A stretch of 64,000 nucleotides of DNA, from NCBI RefSeq assembly GCF_006345805.1, contig NC_043001.1, positions 124,558,001 to 124,622,000 of the forward strand. The letters run 5' to 3'. The DNA is from Octopus sinensis. Taxonomy: Eukaryota. Below are positions 41,277 to 53,615 of this stretch, one piece after another. Position 1 is the first letter of the stretch. Each line of letters begins with the position of its first letter. The notes under the pieces are model-generated. The model did no database searches. It saw only the letters and a program-made list of their open reading frames with translations, and had not been told where the DNA came from. The position numbers and the translations under genes are program-made.

Positions 41277-41309
<33 letters not shown>

Positions 41310-41498
41310 AACACACATATAAACACACCGATGTTGGTGTGTTTATGTTGCCGTAACCTAGCGTTTCGGCAATAGAAACCAATAGAATAAGTACTAAGCT
41401 TACAAAGAATAAGCCCTGCGATTGAGTTTTTTCGACTACAACCCATTAAGACGGTGCTCTGCCATAGCAGCAGTCAAATGACTGAAACAAGTAAAAGA
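41112..41498 (+). mobile_element. OK-like SINE, full length, older copy
   Basis: Head, internal (TA)n and 'gcagtcaaatgactgaaacaagtaaaag' tail. Confidence 0.85.
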
Positions 41499-42241
41499 GG
41501 AAAATTTGATTTATTTTCTTTTTGGAAATTTCGAAAGATTAAAATTTTGATTATATTTAGTCTCGTGAATTCCCGTGTGTAGAACGCAAATTCACAGAAG
41601 TTTTCTGAAAATTACAAAACTTACAAAAAAATACGAGGGGCTATATGCCGTCTGTAAAGCAGAATTCCAATTGCTATGCCTTGGCTCTCCATTCATATCG
41701 GAGTTGTTGGAACATACGACATGTCTTGAGTATTTTTTTTTTGAACTGGCGGAACTTCCTTCTCCAAAGTGACCACAACCAATTTCTTCCAGAATAAGGA
41801 CAAGCAGGTAAACAGATAGAGAGAGAGTGGGAATGTGCGTGTGCGTGTGCATGAGAGAGGGGGGAATGTGTGTGCGTGAGAAAGAGTGAGAGGGGGAACG
41901 TATGTGTCTGTGAGAGACAGAGACAGAGACAGAACTATCAATTAAAGTACTGTACTGGTAAATTACATTTCGATCTCGTAAATATGAAAAGCAAAATTTA
42001 CTTCTGCGCCATTTGGATTCAGCTCGCATAGATCCAGAACGATTGGCGCTGATGAATGGGCAAAACACCCCGAAATATGGCATATACGGCCATTACCTGT
42101 TTTCCATAGTCTGTTTACACCTGACGTCTCGTATACGTCATAGCAAAACTCAGTGCTGGTTATAATTACTTGAGAATACCTATTGAGATAACCTTAAAAA
42201 GTAATGTGATGTTCAGGAATGAAACTCGAGTTCGAAACATT

Positions 42242-44055
42242 TGTAGCATACCCATCGTGCCTGCTTCGATTATCTCAGGGCTAAACATAAAAGGCAGGGA
42301 ATGGACGAGGCGGGCACCCACGATGCATGCACAAAACACAACAGCCCTCAATGGAAGTCATGAGAGGCATATAAGGAGTCCGACCGACAGAACACTTCCT
42401 CTTCTCCCTTTTTGGCAGTCAGCTCGCCAACTGCCCATAGATAGGACTGCCAGCTCTCTTTCTTCTCTTCAGCGCCCTACACGTGGTGTCGAGATGCCTC
42501 TCTCACGGTAGGTACTTCTCGATGATATATTCACTCGCTGTTTTTGTTTAAACGGTATATGCCAGAATGCCATAGAGTTTGCAACGCATCTCCTACCAAA
42601 ATAAAAAAATTGTTAGCTATATTCATTGAGTGTTCATTCTTTATTAACATGCAGCCCACAGTTAATCAGCTCATTGTCAACCTAACAATGAAAACACTCA
42701 TATTGCCACGAAAGTGGGAACCCGACGTTGGAGAAAAGCAAGACATTTTTCACGTGGTAGTACAGAGCATCATAACGACATTGCTTTCACCAGTCTCACA
42801 CACTCGGCAAGTAGCAATTGCTTCACCTTCCATAGCTGCTGTTTCTTATCCACCTGTGTCTATTTTCACAGGAGAGAATTCTGTTTGGTTTGTCCAAATG
42901 AATCCTACTTTGCAGGAAACCTCGTGTCTTCCGAAACCCAGCGTTTTTTGCCACCAGTCAGCCCGGTTTTCTTTGTCACCGCTGCTTCCAATAAATACCA
43001 CACATTGTGCAGTCGTTCCCGGAGTTAACGAAACCTATGTCCTATAGGAAGGATAATTCACAGTCTGTAGAATACCATATTTCGACTACGGGCACTCCCG
43101 TCTTTTCTCGCCCGAGACGTTTGTCAGCAGAGAAACTTAAGACCGAGAAAGCAGAATTCGAGCACAGCTAGGAATTGTACTCCCTTCTTCCAGTAACTGG
43201 ACTGCTCCATTACTCATGGTTCCCAATAAATCATCCGTCGATTGGAGACCTTGCAGAGACTACATACAACTTAATGCCATCACAGTAACAGACCGCTATC
43301 CCATTACAACCTCGCAGGATTTCACTGCTTCGCTACACAGCAGTACCATTTTACGAAGCTAGATCTTGTCCGTGCATATCTCCAAATACCCATCCACCCT
43401 ACAGACATTCCAAAAAATTGCTGTGACCGCTCCCTTTGGAGCTTTCGAAAATTTAACAATGCCATTCAGATTACGTATCACTGCGTGCTCTTCCCAACAC
43501 TTTATAGACGAAGTCATCCGTGATCTCCATTTTGTGTATGCCTATGTTTTGCACTGTGTAGATACATATTCTTTCGTCTCTCGGTAGTGGCATCATAACT
43601 TCATGTATATCAAAGGAGTCTGTAACGTACCCGTCGTGCCTGCTTCGATTATGTCAGGGTTAAACATAAAAGGCCCGGAAGGGACGAAACGGGCAGCCAC
43701 GACGCATGCGCAAAACACAACTGCTTTTAACGGAAGTCGTGAAAGGCATATAAAGAGCCCCACTGACAAGACTCTTCCTCTTTTCCCTATTTGGCAGTCT
43801 GCTCGCCAACTGCCCAGAGCTAGAAATGCTAGCTATAGTTGGTGTCGAGATGTTTCTCTCACAGTAGGTACTTCCTGACGATAAATTCGCTCGCTCTGTT
43901 TTAGTTTAAACGGTACATGCCAGAATGCCATTACGTCCTGCAACACAAAAAACAAAACTTTAAATTGTTACAGTTATATTTAGTGAGTGTTTACGCTTCA
44001 TTTACATGCAGCCCGCACATAATCAGCATATTATCAACCTAATATACTCACTAAA
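42242..44055 (+). mobile_element. Ty3/Gypsy LTR retrotransposon, internally deleted (LTR-PBS-gag fragment-RT fragment-LTR)
   Basis: LTRs ~42242-42708 and 43621-44055 starting TGTA; CATT TSD at 42238-42241 and 44056-44059; PBS-like tgggaacccgacgt at ~42714; gag-like IAAVS..PP..F.GE..WFVQ; HISTTGTPVFSRPRRLSAEKL..DRYP..LDLVRAY..PF..FIDEVIRDLHFVYAY RT motifs, cut just before the catalytic DD. Confidence 0.85.
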
Positions 44056-44470
44056 CATTCTCAAAAATAAACCATATGAATGTATTGTGTATTCTCCTCA
44101 TTCTTCCGGCATAATCCAATGTTTGATGCGCATATTCTTGTATATAAACATATATGAAAGCAATTTCGATGAGATAAACATAGCAATCTTCAATGTTAAT
44201 AATAAAATATAGTATATGTAATCCATGGATTCCTTACAACATGCAGCGTGACTGCAACATTTGAATTCACGTTTCTTCTACGGTGGAACATGAATAAAGT
44301 CTTTCTTACGTTACGCGCGCACACAACCACACGCGCACACTGACACAGACATACATTAATATACACTATAATGGAATTGCAAATATGTAACAATGGCTTA
44401 TATTTACATACAAGCACACACAAACATAATTTATAACATATATATATATATATATAATATATATATATAT

Positions 44471-44572
<102 letters not shown>

Positions 44573-44686
44573 CAGATAGACAGATAGGTATATAATATAT
44601 ATATATATATATATCTAGATATGTGAACAATATATATATATAGCTATATGTACAATATATATATATATATATATATAATTATCAAT

Positions 44687-45262
44687 ATAGGGGGGCAAAA
44701 AAAAATTTGTAGAATTTTTTTGCCACCAGCGGGCTAGTGGGAAAAAATTAAATAGTCATAGACCATTTTTAAGTTCAACATCAACAATCAAGGAACGGCA
44801 TAATAGGCCATTCACCCACTAGAAAACAGCCAAGCTTCAAAACCGCAATAAAAGTCATTCCGTAAACAGGAGAAAATTTAAAACATTTACCCTGTAATTC
44901 TTATACGATGCACCGTTTCATCTGCTGTTTAATGGTAAAAGTAACCTGATTAAATAAATCAAGCCAATCTCCATAGGCCCTCAGATTCTTCAGTAAGAAA
45001 TAGCCACAAGTCGGAACAGATATTTCACGAGGCATTTCCGACCCTGCCAAGGTAATATCTGACCTAAAATTTTCAAATCATCGCAAATTTAATCAGGTTA
45101 GTTTACCATTAAACAGCAGATAAACGGTGCATCGTATAAGAAATTACAGGGTAATGTTTTTTAAATTTTCTCCTGTTTACGGATTGACTTTTATTTGCGT
45201 TGAAGCTTGCTGCTATTTCTAGTGGGTGAATGGCCTATTATGGCCGTTCCTTGATTGTTGAT
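44687..45262. mobile_element. foldback/MITE-like element, copy 1 (176-bp inverted arms, ~130-bp spacer, extra terminal hairpin)
   Basis: 44780-44955 is the reverse complement of 45087-45262; flanked by (TA)n. Confidence 0.8.
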
Positions 45263-45289
45263 ATATATATATATATATATGTCTATATA

Positions 45290-45379
<90 letters not shown>

Positions 45380-45384
45380 TAGAT

Positions 45385-45437
<53 letters not shown>

Positions 45438-45460
45438 GATAGACAGATAGATAGACAGAT

Positions 45461-45493
<33 letters not shown>

Positions 45494-45562
45494 TATGTGA
45501 ACAATATATATATATATAGATATATGTACAATATATATATATATATTATATAATTAATCAAT

Positions 45563-46148
45563 ATAGGGTGGCAAAAAAAAATTTTGTAGAATTTTTTTGC
45601 CACCAGCGGCCTAGTGGGAAAAAATTAAATAGTCATAGACCATTTTTAAGTTCAACATCAACAATCAAGGAACGGCCATAATAGGCCATTCACCCACTAG
45701 AAATAACAGCCAAAGCTTCAACCGCAAATAAAAGTCAATTCCGTAAACAGGAGAAAATTTAAAAAAAATTTACCCTGTAATTTCTTATACGATGCACCGT
45801 TTCATCTGCTGTTTAATGGTAAAGTACCTGATTAAATTAAATCAAGCAATCTTCCATAGGCCCTCAGATTCTCAGTAAGAAATAGCCACAAGTCGGAACA
45901 GATATTTTCACGAGGCATTTCCGACCCTGCCAAGGTAATATCTACCTAAAATTTTCAAATCATCGCAAATTTAATCAGGTTAGTTTACCATAAACAGCAG
46001 ATGAAACGGTGCATCGTATAAGAAATTACAGGGTAAATGTTTTTTAAATTTTCTCTGTTTACGGAATTGACTTTTATTTGCGGTTGAAGCTTTGGCTGCT
46101 ATTTCTAGTGGGTGAATGGCCTATTATGGCCGTTCCTTGATTGTTGAT
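45563..46148. mobile_element. foldback/MITE-like element, copy 2 (tandem duplicate)
   Basis: Arms 45657-45838 and 45968-46148; hairpin ggtggcaaaaa...tttttgccacc at 45567-45604; ~880-bp period with copy 1, including the flanking microsatellites. Confidence 0.8.
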
Positions 46149-46282
46149 ATATATATATATATATATGTACTATATATATATATATATATATCATACATAA
46201 TATATATATATATTATATATTATATATATATATATATATATTATATTATATATTATATAATATATATTATATATATATATGT

Positions 46283-46329
<47 letters not shown>

Positions 46330-46873
46330 ATGCCATCCTATTAGTTTTCAATTGTTTTTATTCCTCTGCTTCATTAACGCAATAATAATATTTTATCTAA
46401 TTACAAGACAAAATACCAACATTCAATTAAAATTCCATATTTTATTAAATTAAAACAAATCACAGCTAGTTTTGCCGACTCTTTCATTAATAATTCAATA
46501 TTTCGCATACTACAACCACCACCACCACCACCACCCTACTACTACTAGTACTTTTGCCGTCACCCCACCCCACCCCCCATCTTGGCGACGGCGGTGGCAG
46601 TAGCTGAGAAGAATCCGAATATCGAATGCGCATCACATTCTAATGTCATTCAATGAACGAAATGGCTATTCGTAAGTACTTCGAAAAGTGCTGTAGGGTA
46701 TTCAATCTTGTCAATCTACCCAGATGTGTTTCTAAGCTTTGTATGTATGTGTGCATGTGTGAGGGTACATATGTGTCGGTATCTTGTGTTTCTTTCCTGT
46801 TTTTTTTTTTTGTATGTGTGCGCTCTTTCTTATCCGCTGAAAGCCTCCCGTATAAGCTATGTGTGAATGTATG

Positions 46874-46905
<32 letters not shown>

Positions 46906-48620
46906 ACGGGAAGGTTTAGGAAAATAAACAAAAGACGAAGGCAGGTGGAGTACAAACAAACAATTGTATTAGTATGGCGCTCAGGAATAGAAATAGAACA
47001 AGTCTTTATATATATATATATATATATATATACATACATACATATATATACATTATGTATAATACACATTGTGTATATATATAATTGTATATATGTACAC
47101 ACACATATATATACATACACATAAACACATACGCACTCAAACACACACATATGCAGGTGTGTAGTATAAGTATATGGAGGTGAATGCACGTTTTGTTAGT
47201 GTGTCCATATGATTGTGTTCATCTATTTTCACGTGTATGCGTATTGTCAACAACCACAATAATTACACTAATAACACATCTACTGTTGCTGTAGTTATTT
47301 ATAATTCCTCCTTATTGTTATTAAATCATGCTTTTATTGATATTATTTTAATTATGGCAACTGCAAGTACATGCATAATAAATTAAATTATCTGTTAACT
47401 AGAAATTTTCCAGCTCGAACACTACTACTACCAATAGCATCGAAAACACGTCTCTGGTTCTGGGACAACTGGTTGCTTTCCTCCTAGTAGTCACAAAGCC
47501 TTGAAAAAAAAATCTATGACCATCCTCTCCTCTTGGGCGTACGTAAATCTACAATTCAAACGCCCCCTTCTCATGATTTGAAAAAAAAATCATTTGAATC
47601 AAACTGGCGCAAAGTTTGCTGCCCACCACACCGGCAAATATTTGCGTAGATCAGTGCCCCCAAACTGTTAATTTTTTTTATGAAAATTACTAAAAAATTG
47701 TTGACATTTATAATGAAATTAAATGAACTTTGGTGCAACATCATTCATGTTCTGCTCATTGATAATTACGATTTCCTCTTTATATTTCAAACCCGACAAA
47801 GGCGTTTTTGAAAATGTCATTAAAATAAAATGTTGTACCTGATTTAAATATTTTATTTCTATGAAAAATCAAGACCCTCCTCAATATACAGCGTCCCATT
47901 CCATAGTATTGTCTTATAAGCCACTGATAAAATGTTATGTCTTTATTTAAATGCGTAGATTATTACTTGAGGAATATTTAATCGATATTTCTGTAGGCCG
48001 AGCAACTACAAAGTTCTCAACAGTGGTAGTGATGCCGGCATTCTTGTCGGTGATGATGGAGAGGTAGTGATGTGCTGCGGTGTGCGTGCTGTTGTTGATG
48101 TTGATGTTGTTGCTGAAGGGCCCTGATTGATAGTGGTGGTCATATTATTAGTGGAGATAGTGATGATGAGGGGCTTTCACCTATAGGATATTTATTAGCT
48201 GTGCACCAACGAATTCAACGTGAAGATCAACAACTACAGACCCAACTTCATCATACACAAAACAATAACATATTTATAACAATCTCTCTTTGATATCATC
48301 TTTATATACCAATCCAGCTCACCAACATCTAAAATATTACATCTGGCATAAATAACATTATTAGAAACAAATAAAGCTACTCGTTCAAAGTAGCTTCTCT
48401 GTGGTTAGTCACCCTGCTAATAATAGCAGCCAAATCTCTCTGAAAATCATACCCTACGGTTTCAGTTCAGGAAAGGATACAGTAGATAATATAGACATGA
48501 AACTAATGGATATTCTTGTACCCGTGACTGAACGTCGGATCTCAAGGTTCTTTTCGACATAAATAGGTTCGCTAGAAATTAATATCTTTCAACCCAATTT
48601 ACTGCTACATTCGCATATTA

Positions 48621-49002
48621 GGAGGCTCAATGGCCCAGTGGTTAGGGCAGCGGACTCGCAGCCGTAGGATCGCGGTTTCGATTCCCAGACCGGGCGTTGT
48701 GAGTGTTTATTGAGCAAAAACACCTAAAGCTCCACGAGGCTCCGGCAGGGATGGTGGTGATCCCTGCTGTACTCTTTCACCACAACTTTCTCTCACTCTT
48801 TCTTCCTGTTTCTGTTGTACCTGTATTTCAAAGGGCCGGCCTTGTCACTCTCTGTGTCACGCTGAATATCCCCGAGAACTGCGTTAAGGGTACACGTGTC
48901 TGTGGAGTGCTCAGCCACTTACACGTTAATTTCACGAGCAGGCTGTTCCGTTGATCGTATCAACCGGAACCCTCGTCGTCGTAACCGACGGAGTGCTTCC
49001 AC
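48621..49002 (+). mobile_element. tRNA-derived SINE (young family), full length with TSD
   Basis: Head 'ggaggctcaatggcccagtggttaggg...ggtttcgattccc'; internal hairpin gcaggga/tccctgc; flanking direct repeat attaggaggc (48617-48626, 49003-49012). Confidence 0.9.
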
Positions 49003-49148
49003 ATTAGGAGGCAGACACAAGCAACGTATATTTATGACTGAGGTTGTCTATATCCTAGTTTGGCTTCCTTTCCATAGCTATCTAACCCAGACCAGTCATA
49101 ACGCCGTTGTATCTATAGATGCAGTATTACCTTCTGATACGAACTAGC

Positions 49149-49393
49149 TTAACACTTTATCATGTAAACTGCCTATATCAGGCACAAATATTCTGCCTGT
49201 TTTATATTCAAATTGCTCAAACTGACCAAATTGTACTCCTCACACCTACTCTGCTACAATGTCATGCTAAAAATAAACAAGCACGTCATTAAAATCTCGA
49301 AGCTACCAGATAATGCATGATTAATTCAAAACAATATGAATCAATAACCATTATATTTGACAGAGTAATCTGAATGTTAATGCTAAAAGATAA
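49149..49393. mobile_element. possible degenerate TTAA-type (piggyBac-like) MITE
   Basis: Imperfect ends 'ttaacactttatcat' / 'atgctaaaagataa'; resembles a common octopod repeat from memory only. Confidence 0.3.
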
Positions 49394-50259
49394 CCAACTC
49401 TCATTGATTTTATATCACAGCATCCACTAATCTGTGATTCTTAAGTCATCGCACCAGTCCTGCCTGCGTCCAAAAAAGATGAAGTGATCACAGCTGGAAT
49501 GGTCATTTTTATGGTTTAGTCTATGTAGAAAAAGCAGTTCCTCTGAGTTCTTATCACAGTTTTCAGAGATTGTTGGCAAGAAAACTTTAAATGACTCGAT
49601 TGCTGTTTGAGAGTTTGTAGAGATAAACATCACCAATATCAGTGTAAGAGGTGAATTGTACTAAAATTAGGACCACCATTAATTTAAGGTTCTCCATCAT
49701 TATTGCACCAGTTAGAAATAGTAGTGAAACATACTTCACCATACACTTTATATTCGTAAAAAAAAATCTACATTAAATAGTTGCGCTTTCAAAATTACTC
49801 AAGACCAAAGAAAAATGGGGAGAGTCTCACAATGGAATATATTTGATGACAGATCCGTTCGCTGAGGACCAACTTGGAATTAAACGATAAGAATAATATA
49901 ATATCAATGCCCTCGCTCATAACAAATAGGAGACAGCTATCAACAAAACGAAAACAACAAATACCATCGCGACAATTGTTATTTCTTATATAATGATTAA
50001 ACCATCACTTACCCAATTTATTCATTGTTATAGTGATATAATCTTGCCGTACAAACAAATTGAAAGATATTTCAATATTATTCTTCACGTGAATGATTCT
50101 AATAATCATAATATTTTTTTTCATTTCCTACAATTGTCCTCTAGATTTCTTTTTATCATTGTAAGGAAATTCTATCACACACACATACACACACACACAC
50201 GCATACATTCATATACACAAATATATACAAACATATACACGCACAGAAATATGTGTAAA

Positions 50260-50264
50260 TGTGT

Positions 50265-50296
<32 letters not shown>

Positions 50297-50640
50297 TATA
50301 TATGTAGGAAGGAAGGAAGGAAGGAAAGAAGGAAGGAAGGAAGGAAGAAAGGAAGGTAGGTAGGTAGGTAGGTAGGTAGGTAGTAGGTAGGTAGGTAGGT
50401 AGGTAGGTAGGTTGGTAGGTAGGTAGGTAGGTAGGTTGATAGGTAGGAAGGAAGTTACGTACGTACGTATGTACACACGTACGCAACCAGATAGACAAAT
50501 AAGAGGGGCAAAGTAGCTAGAAAGGTATCTAAGTAAGTATACATGACTGTATGTATGTATGTATGTATGTATGTATGTATGTATGTATGTATGAATATAT
50601 GCATGCATGTATTCATCTATGTGTGTATGTACTCATGTAT
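50260..50640. repeat. compound (TA)n-(GGAA)n-(GGTA)n-(CGTA)n-(TATG)n microsatellite
   Basis: Directly visible. Confidence 0.95.
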
Positions 50641-50886
50641 GTATATTCTGAAAATTTTAAGTTTCTTAAATATTTATAGTCAACGATTGAAAACAAGAAA
50701 CAGCTTAGCGAGCCACAAAAGATATCTCTCTTACAAACCAAGCCTTGCTACCTCATTCATGTTAAGGTATAAGAACTGAGAAACAGTAGAAGTGTGTATG
50801 TTTGTGAATGTGTGAGTGAGCATGTGTATGTGAGTGTGTGTTTGTGTGCATACGAATGAGAGTGTCTGTGAGTGTGTGTGTTTGTG

Positions 50887-50926
<40 letters not shown>

Positions 50927-51170
50927 TCCGTGTGTGTGTGTGTGTGTATCAGACCTAACAATTCGGAAATTTCTCTGCAATCTTTGGACACTGTCAACAA
51001 TATGTACAGACAGGCATAACTAGATAGAGGGAGAGAGGTGCATACATAAATACTTATATATACTTATATACAATACTTATAAATGCATACATAAATACAT
51101 ACACATATATTATAAAAACACACACACACAAACAGGCGCACATACATACATACATACATACATACATACA

Positions 51171-51200
<30 letters not shown>

Positions 51201-51202
<2 letters not shown>

Positions 51203-52932
51203 CGCATGAGATGAAAAAGAGCCTTGCCCTAGTTACACCATTTTCAAAGGATATAGGGTTGGAGTTTGGTTAGGATAAATGCTGTTATATGGTTGTGAAA
51301 AGGGGGAAAAGTATAAACTAATCTACTTGCATCCCCGTCAATGATTTAACTGTTTCCCCTGTATATGCCGACGAATGTTACAGGTATCTAGGGGTGGATA
51401 AAAATATATCTTACAGTGGCACCTGTAACAAAACACGTGTCACTAAAGAATATTACAGCCGAATAAAGAAACTTTGGACCGCAGAACTCCCTGCATTCAA
51501 TAAAACAGTGGCTCACAATGTGTTTGAAGTGCCAGTACTCATACCAACATTTGGGCTGCTTGATTGAATGCTTCATGAGATCCGAGACATTGATGTGAAA
51601 ACCCGAAAAATACTAACAAGCACACATAATTTCCACATAAACAGTGAGGTAGATCACCTCTACCTAAAACGTAAACGATGCGGCAGAAGCTTAAAATCTA
51701 TCCCAAATGCCTTTGAATATTGTATCATATCCCTTCGCCAACATCTTTTAACCACCAAGCGGCGAAGTGCATCCCTTGATCAAGTTTGCATACATGAAGC
51801 TGATAACATTATAAGAATTGGAAGGCAGCTCCTTGAGCAACACTTTCTCTAATAACCTTATAATAGATGCCCAAAGAAGTCACACGACTCTACCAGAACA
51901 TATCATCGGATGAAAGGATAGCCTATATGAGCAGAAGAACATGCATAAATATGTTAGTAGAAAGCTCCGTGATGATAGTAACATCGATCATCAAAGCAGT
52001 TTATCATGGACGAACAGCCGGATTACTACCTTCCACTTTGAAAGGTATATAAGTTTGCAATCCAGGAACAGGAAATATCAACCAAGTACCTGATGCACAA
52101 AAGGGATAGAGATGCGGGAAAAGCCGTAAAATGTGACAACCGATGTAAGCTTTATGGAGTTCACACTGAAAATATCACCCACATCATAAGCACTTGTCCG
52201 AAAATGTCATCACGATATAATCTGCCGATGAGACATGACGTTGTAGCTAGGACACTCTATAATGAAATCCGTCGGAAGGATAATCCTGAGGACAAAGAAA
52301 TAAAAACACAATACGGTAGAAGCCATAGCCACTCATAATGAAATGAAATACTGGTGGAATGTCAATGGAGAACTAGATAAAATGTAAGCACAACAGACCT
52401 GATATAATGATTTGGGTTACAGAAGAGAAATTGTGCCCCGTTGTGGAAATTAGCTGCCCAGGGGATAACATTAAGCTGGAGATCAGTGGAAAAGAGAACA
52501 CCTATGCTAAACTATTGAGAAATCTACAGTTACTCTATCCAGATTACAAGTTCAGGTTTATATTGAACCCCTGGAGTATGTAACACACTACCTAAATATC
52601 AGTCTTGAGAAATTAGGCTTCTCAAAAACCAGAAAGGAGAAAGCTAATTCCAGTACTGGAACTTTAAACATCTGTAAAACTTTCGAGAAGTTTATCATTT
52701 AAATATATATGACCATGTCTAGATATGTAACTATATGCATGAGAATACATACATAAAACATGCAAATCTGCACATACATACATACATACATACATACATA
52801 CATACAAACAAACAAAAATAACCTGTTGTTGATGTTGAAACTCCAATGAAGGAACCTTTAATCTAGGTTAGAAACCGGTTCTTTCTCTATTGGCAAGTAA
52901 TCTTGAAATAAACTGGATAATGACATACATAC
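51201..52932 (+). mobile_element. R4/Dong-like RLE retrotransposon, 5'-truncated
   Basis: FSKDIGLEFG..YRYLGVD..VLIPTFG..DIDVKTRK (RT thumb); ITHIISTCPKMS..RHDVVA; HNRPDIMIW..VEISCPG (RLE); starts directly after (CATA)n and ends 'taatgacatacatac'. Confidence 0.88.
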
Positions 52933-53180
52933 CAATTTTGAGAAAGTAGGTTCCCCAAAACCAGAAACGAGAAAGCTGATTCGGCGGATACAGATCGAAG
53001 GCACCACTGGCACTATAAAAATCTGTAAAGCTTTCCAGGAGTTCATTTAAGTATATATCTAGACATGCAACTATTTCATGAGAATATATATATAAAACAA
53101 AATATACAAATCTGCACATGTGCATATATACATACACTCACACATACATACATACATACATACATACATACATACATACA

Positions 53181-53214
<34 letters not shown>

Positions 53215-53328
53215 CATACTTACCCTGTTGATGTTGAAATTGCAATGAAAGAGCTTTGGCCTTACGTTATAAAGCGGATCTATCTCTACTGGCATGAAAT
53301 CTTGACATATAACTAAATAACAACATAC
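52933..53328 (+). mobile_element. second, diverged R4/Dong-like 3' end stacked on the first
   Basis: EKVG..RKLIRRIQIEGTTGTIKICKAFQEFI* is paralogous to the ORF end at ~52600-52700; same UTR layout; ends in (CATA)n 53325-53417. Confidence 0.8.
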
Positions 53329-53419
53329 ATACATAATACATACATACATACATACATACATACATACATACATACATACATACATACATACATACATACA
53401 TACATACATACATACATAG

Positions 53420-53615
53420 AGTCGCCGTGATAGATCTGTAACCACTGCACAGATTTTTTTTCTCTCCTTGTTTTTTTCTGTGTCCATTTCTGTAGAAGAG
53501 CGTAGGCTCGAAACGTAAAATACCTTTTCTATTCCTGAGCGTTATACTAATATATCTGTTTGTTTTGTTCACTACCTGTCTTCGTGTTTTGTTTTTTTTT
53601 CGCGAACTCTCTACA
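53420..53615 (+). mobile_element. Penelope pseudo-LTR-like fragment with hammerhead-like motif
   Basis: 'ctgtagaagagcgtaggctcgaaacgt' at 53490-53516 within a T-rich terminal repeat-like segment. Confidence 0.45.

Noticed and set aside
48621-48700. tRNA-like sequences here and at 5804, 35008, 38497, 54545 and 60472
   Set aside because: These are SINE heads: each continues into a SINE body and tail, and some have TSDs; no complete cloverleaf.
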